Assembly (NCBI RefSeq): GCF_004010195.1
Contig: NC_057711.1
Location: 71,000,070 to 71,064,069, forward strand
Direction: 5' to 3'
DNA length: 64,000 nt
Source: Chiloscyllium plagiosum
Lineage: Eukaryota
Shown: piece after piece, positions 50,527 through 63,435 of the stretch
Layout of the letters: every line of letters begins with the position of its first letter
Position numbering within the stretch: the stretch's first letter is position 1
Notes under the pieces: generated by a model
What the model saw: the letters and a program-made list of their open reading frames with translations, nothing else
Database searches by the model: none
Told to the model about the DNA's origin: nothing
Made by a program: the position numbers and the translations under genes

Positions 50527-51803
50527 AGAGTCATAGCGGTGTACAGCATGGAAACAGACACTTCGGTCCAACTCGTCCATGCCAACTAGATATCCCAACC
50601 TAATTTTGTCCCATTTGCCAGCACTTGGCCCATATCCCTCTAAACCCTTCTTATTCATAGCCCCATCCAGATGCCTCTTAAATGCTGTAATTGTATGAGC
50701 TTCTACCATTTCCTCTGGCATCTCATTCTATATACGCACCATCCTCAGTGTGAATAAGTTGCCCCTTAGGTCCCTTTTATATCTTTCCCCTCTCACACTA
50801 AACCTATGATCTCTAGTTCTGGACTTCTCTACTACAAGGAAAAGACCTTGTCTATTTATCCTATCCATGCCCCTCATGATTTTATAAACCTCTATAAGGT
50901 CACCCCTCAGCCTCCGATGCTCCAGGGAAACAGCCCCAGCCTATTCAGCCTCTCCATATAGTTCAAATACTCCATCCCTGGCAACACCCTTGTAAATCTT
51001 TTCTGAACCCTTTCAAGTTTCACAACATCTTTCCGATAGGAAGGAGACCAGAATTGCAGACAATATTCAAACAGTGGCCTAACCAATGTCCTGTACAGCC
51101 ACAACATGACCTCCCAACTCCTGTACTCAATACTCTGACCAATAAAGGAAAGCATATCAAATGTCTTCTTCACTATTTTATCTACCTGAAACTCTACTTT
51201 GAAGGAACTATGAATCTGTATTCCAAGGTCTCTTTGTTCAGCAACACTCCCCAGGATCTTTAAGTGGTCTGATTTGCCTTTCCAAAATGCAGCACCTCAC
51301 ATTTATTTAAATTAAACTCATCTGCCACTCCTCAGCCCACTGGCCCATCTGATCAAGATCCCATTGTAACCTTCTTTGCTGTCCGCTGCACCTCCAATTT
51401 TAGTGTCATCTGCACATGTACTAACTTTACCTCCTATGTTCACATCCAAATCATTTATATAAATGATGAAAAGCAGTGGACCCAGCACTGATCCTTGTGG
51501 CACTCCACTGGTCACAGGCCTCCAGTCTGAAAAGCAGCCCTCCACCACCCTCTGTCTTCTACCTTTGAGCCAGTTCTGTGTCCAAATGGTTAGTTCTCCC
51601 TGTATTCTGTGAGATCTAACCTTGCTAACCAGCCTCCAATGGGGAACCTTGTCAAATGCCTTACTGAAGTCCATAGAGATCATGTTTACCGCTTTGCCCT
51701 CATCAATCCTCTTTGTTACTTTTTCAAACTCAATCAAGTTCGTGAGACATGATTTCCCATGCACAAAGCCATGTTGACTATCTCTAATCAGTTCTTGCCT
51801 TTC
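50527..51803 (-). mobile_element. CR1/HER1 LINE, 5'-truncated
   Basis: ORF 51318-51923 [18 protein letters not shown]...[21 protein letters not shown]; tail at 50527. Confidence 0.93.
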
Positions 51804-52324
51804 CACAGAGGAGTGGTTTGTTGTTGAGCACAGCGTTGGTATCCTCTTATTAGCTTTGTAGTCACAAGAGATCATGTTCCAACCAGATAACCCAGCCAAG
51901 ATGCTTGATTGGATGCAAAACACCCTCCACCTTCAAACTTCTACTTTGCCGTTAACCTGCTTCTCCTCCCCGCCGCCTCCCCCCTTTGTAAGGGCTATTG
52001 TTTGAAGTTCCTTTGCATGGGACATTCTGCGCGTCTCTCTCCAGACAGCAACTTGATTGGTACCTAAACCCATTATTGGCTGGTGGAATTACAAGTTAGC
52101 CATGTCCACAAGACTGTGGGGTCCTGACCTGTCATTGTTGCACTATTTATTTTGCATGAAGCAGCACACAATCTGGAGAATAAAATGGAAAACTGCTGAG
52201 GCTGAAAATCTGAAACAAAAGCAGAAAGTGCTGAAGAAACTCAGTAGGGTCTGGAAACATCTGTGGAGAGTAAAACAGAGTCATACACAGCCTTAATAGT
52301 GGTGACTGGGATCACATTTTGGCT

Positions 52325-52537
52325 GGGAGAAAGTGAGGACTGCAGATGCTGGAGACCAGAGCTGAAAATGTGTTGCTGGAAAAGCGCAGCAGGTCAGGCA
52401 GCATTCAAGGAGCAGGAGAATCGACGTTTCGGGCATGAGCCCTTCCTTCCTATAGAAGGGCTCATGCCTGAAACATCGATTCTCCTGTTCCTTGGATGCT
52501 GCCTGACCCGCTGCGCTTTTCCAGCAACACATTTTCA
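52325..52537. mobile_element. Mini-PLE (family A), long hairpin, 15-bp TSD
   Basis: TSD gatcacattttggct at 52310-52324 and 52538-52552. Arms at about 52362-52445 and 52455-52538 each end in hammerhead helix II. Confidence 0.9.
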
Positions 52538-55500
52538 GATCACATTTTGGCTCACAACATAACCCATTTTTCAGCAGATAACCCAGCCAAGATGCTTGAT
52601 TGGATGCAAAACACCCTCCACCTTCAAACTTCTACTTTGCCGTCATCCTGCCAGGCAGCTGTTAAATGTTTGTCTGATGCTTGATTGGTTTTGCAGAGAT
52701 GGCGACAGTGGGAGTGAATGAACCACTTATTTCCCATCTGATCTTTCACTCCACTGGAAATATAAAATAAGAATTAGCTGCAGAGATAGTCGAATATAAA
52801 TGTTTAGAATTGCCCAAATTCTGGAAAGTCCTTGTGGATTGGCAGGGAGTGGGGACAACACTGATATACAGGAAAGGAGGTAACGAGAAAACAGAGAACA
52901 ATATATCTGCTAACCAGTAGTAGTGAAAAATGCTGAAATCTATTATTAAACATTCGACGACTTCTGGCTGGAAAGTCTCCATCTTGGAATTATGGAACAA
53001 GAAATTCAAGAACAAGGAATTACAGAACACAGAAATAATAGTCAGAATAAGGATTAGCCTTTTGGGGCTGAAACAAAGAGAACGCTCTTCCACGAAGAGT
53101 TATGGATCTTTGGAATTCTCTACCCAGGGAGTTTTGAATGTTGAGGTGTTGAGTCAGAAATTGATAGAGTTTAGGAAACTAAGAGATTCAATAGATGTGG
53201 GAAAAGTAAATGTAAAAACTCTTATTGAACAACTGACAAAGTTCAAATGACTTAATGATGTGCTCCTGCTTCTGATATTTATGTTCTAATGCTTTTTTTA
53301 TCACAGATATTATCTGATATCGCTCGAACTATATTGCTATCCGTTCACTGTTGTTAGGTCAAAATCCTAAAACTCCCTTTCTAATAGCATTATAGCACCA
53401 CAGTGGTTCAACATCTCATCACCACCTTTCCAAGGGCTATTAGGGGTGGATAAGAAATGCTGGCCTTGTCACTAGAGTCTATATGTCATGAACAAATAAA
53501 ATAAAATGACATGTCAAGGTAAATACTCCTTGGTCTGTACACACATCATTGGGTCAAAATAACTGCAGTGTGATTTATGATGGAAACCCACATTTCTTTC
53601 ATGCCTTTCCTGACCTATCTCTTCTTTCAGAAGCAGTGACTATAGTGGCATGTCTCGCACTACACCCACCATCAGGACATTAAGTAGAATTATGGAATTT
53701 TACTGAACAGACCATTTGGTCCAACAAGCCTACACTGGTATTTATCCTTCACATAAACATTCTCTTATCTAATTTCATCCTGTCTTTAAAATATATCCTT
53801 CTTTTCCTTTCTCCATTATGTACTTACTTGGCTTACCCTTAAGCACATCAACCACTGCATGTGGCATTAAATTCCCTAATCTCAACACTCCGAGAAAAAT
53901 AACAAACACTGCCAGCTGGCTGATAGAGACCAATAACAAACAGCAATAACTCATGCAACAGCACATAAAATGAAAGGAATGCCAAGCTAAAAAAAATTAC
54001 TTAGAAGTCTACAATGTCAGTACTGCCAAATTTAAATTGCTCGCTTTAAGGTTGAAATCTCAAAAATGGCTGATTGGGTTGTTTATATAGCCCCTGTTTA
54101 GCACAGATGCTGAATTCCAGCCGTGCTTGCATAGCGCTTATTCTGAATTGTGAGAGGAATAAGTAGTTCAAATAAAATTGGCATGCATACCAAAAGAAGA
54201 GCATCTTCTCTGCTTTCCTGACATTACTTGACCATGTTATTAGTAAACTCATGTATATCATCATCAATCAACTTCCCTGGCCCTATACAGCTTTGAAGAA
54301 TAAACACACAATAAATCAAATACATCCCAAGCCCCAGCTTGCTTTGCCCTTCCATCAGTCTCTTTGGGACTGACACTGGCCATGACCCTACCAGCTGATG
54401 CATGCATGCATGCAAAGAGGTTTATTGCAGGCTGGTGTTGTTGGGGGCAAGGTGCAAGTCACTGTCTGATTTCTTTGGCAACCGCCTACTGATGTTGTAT
54501 TTCAAGGTTGCCTGTTGTGGCATTGTTGTGTTATGTCTCGAAAAGTGGCACTGTTGTGTTATGTCTCGTGGTCAGTATGTCAATGGGCCATTAAGGGATG
54601 TGCTCATGACATGTATGCAGGGTTATGGATTATATTTAAGGAGGAGCTTTTTAATGAGTAATATGTTAAAGGGTTATAAGGAATTGGCAGGGAAGTGGGG
54701 TTGAGGCCAAGGTGAAATCAGCCATGATTATATTAAATGGTGGAGAAGGCTTGAAAGGCTGAATTGCCTACTCCTTCTCCTAGTCCTTATGTTCTTAACA
54801 CACTATCATAGCCTGTGACCTGAGGGTATAAATATTTTATACTCTATCTTATGCCAGGATCACTTGAAGCATGGCACACTACTGGAAGCATTCTGATATG
54901 CATACGTTAATAGCTGAATATTATCCCACTCACTGCTGTCCCTGAGTAATGTAATGCTAGTATAGAATAGTTAGAAAGTGAATAATTATCTGTTGGAGTT
55001 TTAATTACCATGACATGTGCACCCATTTTCACATGTGATGAGAGATAATATAATCATTGTGCGTCGGGTAAAGCACACAACTGGAAGCAAACTCACACCA
55101 GGCAACATTTTCCAAAAAGAAAAACAGCCATCAACTCCCTAAGACCCCATTCTTGATTTGGAATATTTTGTAGCAGCCTCCTATCATTTAAATGTATTCA
55201 AAGCACTTATGTGCTAAATAATGTCAGCCAATGTATTCAAAAGGACATTTATTCCTTTCCTTGGCTTGATACCAATCTTCCATTTTCACTTTGATCCCAT
55301 TTCTTCCTGTATTGCAGTTATGGTCGTATTGCAACTTTAGCAGAATTTCTCACTGCTTATACAGCAAGTTCCCCCTTTGTCACTGTGGAATCACAGCATT
55401 AAACAGAAGTCCTGTCCTACCAGAATACTATTACTTGGAGAAAAGGCTTTGGTGCATTGCATTTATAGATGCAAAATGAGTTACCTTTCTTTGATTCTGA

Positions 55501-55979
55501 CTTCAAAAATGTTGACTTAAAATAGATCTCAAATTATTAATTCCTGTGATCTCTGATGACACATAAGCTCCATTGGTTTTAACTGTTTTGGAAAAATGAT
55601 TTATTATTATACATTTTGCTGGGACAGAATGAACAATATTTTTTGACATCCATTCCAAATGTGTCAAAATGATGTTTATATGTATAGATGGTGTACATGA
55701 AATTTAAAAGAATAACTTGTCAGAGCCAGGAAAAGCAAAATCAATGAAGGAGCTTTCATCTTCATTTGTTGGGCAGAAAAGCTTGAACAATTTGTGTCAA
55801 GAATTATTATTTCTTCTGGAAGTACAACCTCTTTGTCCTTGCTGCATATGAGCACAGCTTCCCTCTGGTGACCAACAAGTTGTGATCAATAATAATCAAG
55901 ATTTTCAATTTGATTTGTGTTTCTCAGTAGCACCAGCTAGAAATAAAAACCTTTGTGTTTCCTGTATGACAGATTGGGA

Positions 55980-56880
55980 CACTCTTCCAGAATTCCTAAC
56001 ATTCCCATGGCACCTTCCTGTGATTCCTATGCAATCATAGAAGGTGTAACACTTGCCCATTCGCCTCTTCACTCCTCACTGTCTAAGGCCCCAAACGTAT
56101 CTTCAAGGTGAAGCAATGCTTTACTTGCACTTCTTTTGATATTTGCTGCTCACAAAGTGGTCTACCTTACATCAGGGAGACCAAAAGTAGACTGGGTAAC
56201 CGCTTTGATGTCTGTCCATAGGAATGACCCTGTCTATATAGTTGCTTAATATGTTCTCTGTACCTTTTCCTGTTGCTTCACCAATCAGTCTCCTCTGAGT
56301 GGTTCACTAGGCCACAGAACTTTGAGATTGCTTGCCATTTCCATAAAACATCTTGCTCCCATGCTGACATTTTTGTCCTTGGCCAGCAATAATGTTCCAG
56401 TGAAGCATAACACAAGCTGGAGGAACAGCACCACCCTTTTTCTAATTGGGGCACGTTACAGCCTTCAGGGCTCAACATTGAATTCAATAACTTCAGAGCA
56501 TGAACCTCATTTTGAATACAATACCCACCCCTGTGTCTTGTTTGTGTCTTGTTGGCTTTGCTCACAGCAGAGCTGACCCATTTTCTCCTTTTCAACCTGA
56601 AATTAACACATTTTACATCTCAAGATCTACTTTATCACTATCAATACTCTATCTTTTTCTCTGGACATCTCGACCACCTGATCAGCTTGCGCCTTCCCTG
56701 CCTCTGATAACAGCATCAAACCAGCAATTTCTAGCTCCTTCATTTTCAAAGCAGTGTCATATTGCACTTGAAATGTTAACTCAGTTTCTCTCCACAGATG
56801 CTGCCAGACCCACTGAGTTTCTTCAGAATTTTATCTTTTTATTTCAGAATTCCATAATTTGCATTATTTTGCTTTTGTGG
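55980..56880 (+). mobile_element. Degraded PLE (family A) GIY-YIG plus terminal repeat
   Basis: CCSQSGLPYIRETKSRLGNRF-like segment at about 56145-56207; terminus ctctccacagatgctgccagacc. Confidence 0.7.
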
Positions 56881-56964
56881 GTGAAATAAATAAATCTGTT
56901 ACAGAACTAATTCAGGTGCAAGTAAAAACCCCATCCAAGGCAAGATTTCATTTTACATTTGCAT

Positions 56965-59900
56965 AGGTTCTAGATCCTTTGGCCTAACTCATCCATCTGA
57001 CCAGATATCCTAAATTAATCTAGTCCCATTTGCCAGCACTTACCCATATCCCCCTAAACCATTCATATTCATATATCCATCCAGATGTCTTTTAAGAACA
57101 AAGAACAAAGAAAATTTACAGCCTAGGAACAGGCCCTTCGGCCCTTCAAGCCTGAGCCGATCCAAATGTACTGTCTAAACCTGTCGGTCAATTCCTAAGC
57201 ATTTGCATCCCTCTGCTCCAAATCTGTCCAGATGCATCTTTAATGAATCTACCGTGCCTGCCTCTACCACCTCTGCTGGCATCGCGTTCCAAATGCCCAC
57301 AATCTTCTGTGTGAAGTACTTGCCGCGTGTATCCCCCTTAAACTTTCCACCTCTTACCTTGAAAGCATGACCTCTCGTTATTGAATCCTTCACCCTGGGA
57401 AAAAGCTTGTCTCTATCCACCCTGTCTATACCCTTCATGATTTTATAAACCCCAATCAGGTCCCTCCTCAATCTCCTTCTTTCTAGTGAAAATAAACCTA
57501 ACCTACTCAACCTCTCTTCATAGCCAGCACCTTCCATACCAGGCAACATCCTCATAAACCTTCTCTGCACCCTCTCCAAAGCATCCACACCCTTTTGGTA
57601 ATCTGGCACCCAGAACTGTAGACAGTATTCTAAGCACCCCCGAACCAATGTCTTGTACAATTTTAACATGACTTGCCAGCTCTTATACTCAATACCCCGT
57701 CCAATGAAGGCAAGCATACTATATGCCTTCTTGACCACTCTATCCACCTGTGCAGCAACCTTCAGGGTACAATGGACCTGCACTCCCAGATTTCTCTTCC
57801 CATCAACTTTTCCCAAGGCTCTTCTATTCCTTGTATAATTCACTCTAGAATTAGACTTGCCTAAATGCATCACCTCACATTTGTCTGGATTGAAAACCAT
57901 CTGCCACTTTTCCGCCCAACTCTCCAGTTTATCTATATCCTCCTGTATTCTCTGACAGTCCCTTATGTTTTCTGCTACTCCGTCAATCTTTGTGTCATCT
58001 GCAAACTTGCTGATCATACCAACAGTGCCTTCTTCCAGATCAGTTATGTATATTACAAACAACAGTGGCCGCTATACTGACCCCTGTGGAACACCACTGG
58101 TTATCTTTCTCCATTTCGAGAAACTCCCTTCAACTACTACTCTCTGCCTCCTGTTGCTCAACCAGTTCTTTAACCACCTGGCTAGAACACCCTGCACACC
58201 ATGTGACTTCACTTTCTCCATTAGTCTACAATGGGGAACCTTATCAAATGCCTTACTAAAGTCCATGTATATGACATCAACAGCCCTTCCTTCATCTAAC
58301 AACTTGGTCACTTCTTTGAAGAACTCTATTAAGTTGGTAAGGCACGACCTCCCTCGCACAAAACCATGTTGTCTATCACTGATAAGCTCATTCTTTTCTA
58401 AATATAAATAGATCCTATCTCTCAGTACCCTCTCCAGCAACTTCCCCACCACCGACGTCAGGCTCACTGGTCTGTAGTTACCCGGAATATCCCTACTATC
58501 CTTCTTGTACAGGAGACAACATAAGCAACCTTCCAGTCCTCTGGCACCTCACCTGTATTTAAGGATGCCACAAAGATATCTGTCAATGCCCCAGATATTT
58601 CCTCTCTCGCCTCCCTCAGCAACTTGGGATAGATCCCATCCGGTCCTGGGGATTTGTCCACCTTAATAATCTCAAGCATACCCAACACATCTTCCCTACC
58701 TTTGCCAACGTGATCCAGACTAATCAAACTTCTATCTCTAATCTCAAGATTCATCATGTTCCTCTCCTCAGTGAACATTGATGCAAAGTAATCATTCAGA
58801 ATCGCACCCATTCTCTCAGGTTCGGCACACAGCCTTCCTTCATTATCTTTTAGTAGACCAATCCTTTCTCTAGTTACCCGCTTGCTTCTTATATAAGAAT
58901 AAAATGCTTTGGGATTTTCCTTAATTCTGCTTGCTAAAGCTGTTTCATGACCCCTTTTCGCCCGCTTGATTCCTTGTTTAAGACTTGTCCTACTCTTCCG
59001 ATATTTTTCCAGGGCCCATTCTGTTCTTTGCTGCTTAGACCTTATGTACGCTTCCCTTTTCCTCTTGGCCAGTGGTACAATTTCTTCTGTCATCCACGGT
59101 TCACGAATCTTGCCCTTCCTATCCTTTGCCTTCAACGGGACATGCCTATCCTGCACTACCATTAACCTATCTTTGAAAGCCTCCCACATCTCAAATGTGG
59201 ACTTCCCTTCAAATAGCTGTGTACAATCCACATTTCCCAGCTCCTACCTAATTTTGATATAATTGGCCTCAGCCCAGTTTAGTACTCTTCCCTGAGGACC
59301 ACTCTCTTCTTTATCTATGAGTATTCTAAAACTTACAGAATTGTGGTCACTGTTCCCAAAGAAATCCCCCATCGCTCCACCCATAATGACTCACTACCCA
59401 AGACCGCTATGGTGTCCTCCTTTAGCACAGCCATGATATCATCCCTGACCAGCAATGCAACTCCGCCCCCTCTTTTACCTCCCTCCCTGTCCTGTCTGAA
59501 GCGTCTATATCCTGGAACATTTAATTGCCAATCATCATGCCCTTCCTTCAACCAAGTCTCTCTGATGGCAATAATGTCATACTCCCAAGCACCAATCCAA
59601 GCCCTAAGTTCACCTGCCTTACACACTATACTCCTTGCATTAAAGTAGATGCATTTCAGGCCACCAGTTCTTTTGCACTCACCTGCTCTCTGCCTATTCT
59701 TCCCTTTATTAATGTTAATCTTCATAATTCTCACAGTCTCCAATCTCCACCTCGCTACCTACTTGTTTTCTCTTCTGGTTCCCACTCCCCTGTCACATTA
59801 GTTTAAAACCTCCCCAACAGCAGTAGCAAAAACTCCCCCAAGGACATTAGTTCCGGTCTGGTTCAGATGTAGACTGTCCCTTTTGTAATAGTCCCATCTT

Positions 59901-61505
59901 CCCCTGAACCGGTCCCAATGTCCAACAATTCTGAACCCCTCCCTCCCACACCATCTCTCAAGCCACGTGTTCATCCTGCCGATTTTTTCATTTCTATGCT
60001 GGCTAGCACGTGGCACTGTAGTAATCCCGAGATCACTACCTTTGAGATCCTCCCCTTTAACTTCTCTCCTAGCTCCCTGAATTCTTCTTTCAGGACCTCA
60101 TCTCACTTTCTACTTATATCGTTGGTGCCTATATGCACCAAGACAACTGGCTGTTCAACCTCCCCTTTTAGAATGCTCTGCAGCCGATCAGTGACATCCC
60201 TGACCCGAGCACCTGGTAGGCAACATACCATCCGGGAGTCCTGTTTTCAGCCACAGAACCGCCTACCTACTCCCCTCACAATAGAATCCCCCATCATAAT
60301 GGCCCTATGGGTCTTTTTCCCGCTACGGTGCCATGATCTTGACAACTGCTGCCCTCCCCTGGTGAGCCATCTCCCCCAACAGTATCCAAAATGGTATACC
60401 TGTTTTGGAGGGAGATGACCGCAGGGGACACCTGCACTGCCTTCCTACTCTTTTTCTGCCTTTTGATCACCCATTTGTCGTCTCCCTCAGTAATTCTAAC
60501 CTGCAGTGTAACCAGTTCACTAAACATGCTACCCACGACCTCCTCAGCATCGTGGATGCTCCACAGTGAGTCCATCTGCAGCTCCAGAGCCGTCATGCAG
60601 TCTAACAACAGCTGCAGCTGGACACATGTCTTGCAAGTGTAAGAGTCAGGAATGTCAGACATGTTCCTAAGCTCCCACATCAAGCAAGTGTCACATGCCA
60701 CGGGTCTGAGATCCCCTGCCATTGTAAGCTTAGCTTTATATGAACTAACTGAAACCAAACAATGCACTTAAATAAGTGAAAAAGAAAGATAAGAAATTAA
60801 AGCCTTACCTGATAGGGTCTTTTTCTTCCGGTTAGAGGAGGGGGAGCGGGAGGGAGATACTACATGTGCAGTATCTCGGGTTTAGCCACAGCCCAAATAT
60901 AAATTAAGCCCTTACCTTCCCAGCAGCCCTTGCTTCACTCCTCCTTCTCTCCTCGCTGCTCTGGCAAAATGGAAGCCCGACTCCCGAGGTAAGTCCCTTT
61001 TTATGTGGGAAAACTTAACCTTCCCGGCAGCCTTTGCTTCAGTCCTCCTTCTCTCCTCAGCGCTCTGGCAAAATGTTGCAACTGTACCAAACTCCACCAC
61101 TTTCTCTGTCAGCTCATTCTATACACGCACCACTGTCTGCGTGAAAAGGTTGTCCTTTAGATCCCTTTTAAATCTTTCACCTCTCATCTTAAACCTCTGA
61201 AGTTTTGGACCCCCCCTGCCCTGGGGAAAAGACCTTGGCTGTTCACTTTACCGATGCTCCCCTTAATTTTATAAACATCTATAACGTCACCCCTCAGCCT
61301 CCGATCCTCCTGGGAAAATAGCCTCAGCCTATTCAGCCTCTCCCTTTAGCTCAAACTCTTCAACCCTGACAACATTCTCATAAGCTTTTTCTGAACTCTT
61401 TCAACTTTCACAACATCCTTCCAGGGAGACCAGAGTTGTGCACAGTATTCCAAAAGTGACCTAACCAATGTCCTGTACAGCCACAACATGATCTCCCAAC
61501 CCCTG
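56965..61505 (-). mobile_element. CR1/HER1 3' fragment split (56965-57094 and about 61072-61505) by a younger full-length CR1
   Basis: ccagatgtcttttaa | aatgttgcaactgtacc are contiguous in other copies (for example 37795-37822). Confidence 0.8.
57095..61075 (-). mobile_element. Near full-length CR1 LINE: 5' UTR, ORF1 (ATG 60722), ORF2, (aagaacaa)n tail
   Basis: ORF1 MAGDLRPVACDTCLMWE...WCGREGFRIVGHWDRF. ORF2 pieces 59333-59743 (LKCIYFNARSI), 58464-59231, 58072-58467 and 57175-58062 (KFADDTK). Confidence 0.95.
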
Positions 61506-61849
61506 TTGTTCCAAAGTGATTAAACTTTACAGGTCAATGTTCACCAGGGACAAAAAAAAACTAGTTGACGTTTTTAATTCACTAATAGGGTGCAGCTCCT
61601 GCTGCTCAGCAAATATGTTAACTTCTAATATTGCTTAGAAAACCATTCAATTATTTTTAATTCTAATTATTATTTTGTTGTTTTCACCATGGATTTGTAG
61701 TTATTTTGAAATTGAATATCATAAAACATAATTGGATGAATTTATAAATTCACAGGCCATTACTTTAGCTGTTGTACCGATTTACTTGCAACAGAACTGA
61801 AACTTCTTAATTTCACTTTGTATTCCTTCCAGTTTAATGTTTAAATAGT

Positions 61850-62076
61850 AAAGTAAAGTTGCCATAATCCTACTGGATCACAGGGCTACTCTCTCATTAG
61901 AGAGCAATGACTGATAGTGACTTAACTTGCGGGTCACCACACCACAGGTGAGAGGTTAAGAAGGACAGCCCATCATAGTAACACCAGGTAGTTCAGGAAT
62001 TGAAATTATGCTACTGGAATCACTTGATGTTGTAAACCAGCCATCCAAGCTAACCACAATACCAGCTGTGGCTGAC
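61850..62076 (-). mobile_element. Degraded tRNA-derived SINE, family unassigned
   Basis: Reverse complement starts ggttagcttggatggctgg...ttcaattcc and ends in a (tttac)n tail (gtaaagtaaagt on plus). Confidence 0.5.
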
Positions 62077-62211
62077 ATACCATGAATACTTTCTGAGGTC
62101 TCATAGGTTGCACAATGATCAGAGCTGCTCTCCATGCACATTGGATTGTTAGTGATTCACAACATATTCTTATATTTGATAAGGTTCCCCATGGTAGGCT
62201 CATTCAGGAAG

Positions 62212-63275
62212 CAGGAGTCGAAAAGTGTGCTGCTGGAAAAGCACAGTAGATTAGTCAGCATCCAAGGAGTCAGAGAGTTGACATTTTGGGCATCAGCCCT
62301 TCAACAGGAATGTGGTGCAGGAAAAGGGGGCTGAGAGATAAATAGGAGGTTGGGGCTGGGATGAAGGTAGCTGGGAATGTGATAGGTTGATGCAGTTGGG
62401 GGGGTAATAGTGATAGGTCGGAGGGCAGGTGGAGTGGATAGGTGGGAAGATAGATGAACTGGTAGGACAGTTCAAGATGTTGGTGCTGAGTTGGAGGGTT
62501 GGGTCTGGGATGGGGGAGATGGTTGGAGGGGAGATTAAGAAACTAGTGAAGTCAATGTTGATGCTGTGTGATTGAAGGGTCCCAAGCTGGACACGAGGCA
62601 TTCTTCCTCCAGGTATTGGGTGGCTTGGATGTGGTGGCAGAGGGGGCCTAGGACTTGCATGTCCTTGGTCGAGTGGGAGGAGGAGTTGAAGTGGTCAGCC
62701 ACAGAGCAGTGGGGTTGTTTGGTGTATGTGTGTCCCTGAAATGTTCTCTGAAATGTTCCGCAAGTTGGCGTCCTATCTCCACAATGTAGAGGAAACCACA
62801 TTGAGAGCAATGGACACAATAAATGAGGTATTTGGATGTGCAGCAAAATCTCTGCTGGAAGTGGAAGGATCCTTTGGAGCCTTGGACAGAGGTGAAGGGG
62901 GAGGTGTGGGCAGAGGTTTTACACCTCTTGCAGTGGCAAGGGAAGGTGCCTGGTGTGGAGGGTGGGTTGGTGGGTGAGCGTGGACCTAACGATGAAGTTG
63001 TGGAGGGATTGGTCTTTGCAGAATGCTGATAAGGTGGGGAGGGAAATATATCTGTTCTGGTGGGGTCTGTCTGTAGGTGGCAGGAATGGTGGAGGATAAT
63101 GTCTGTAACCAAAGATTAGTGGGATGGAAGATGAGGACCTGGGAGCTCTATCCTTTGTGGTTGGACTGTTGGGGTTGAAGGATGGAGGTGCAAGAAGTGG
63201 AGGAGATGCGCTGGAGGGCATTGTTGATCATGTGGGAGGGGAAATTGCAGTCCTTGAAATAGGAGGCCATCTGGC
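62212..63275 (-). mobile_element. PLE (family A) 3' part: GIY-YIG plus terminal repeat with decayed hammerhead (about 62277-62310)
   Basis: ORF 62648-63112 PCHCKRCKTS...LIYCVHCSQCGFLYIVEIGRQLAEHFREH; reverse complement ctgttgaagggctgatgcccaaaatgtc. Confidence 0.88.
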
Positions 63276-63435
63276 ATCTAAACTCAGATACATTAGGGAC
63301 ATTTAAGCGACACTTGAATAGGCACATGGATAATAGTAAAATGAAGGTATGTAAGTTAGTTTGATCCTAGAATAAGATAAAAGGTACGTCGAACATCGAG
63401 AGCTGAAGGGCCTGTACTGTGCCATCTTAAGACAC

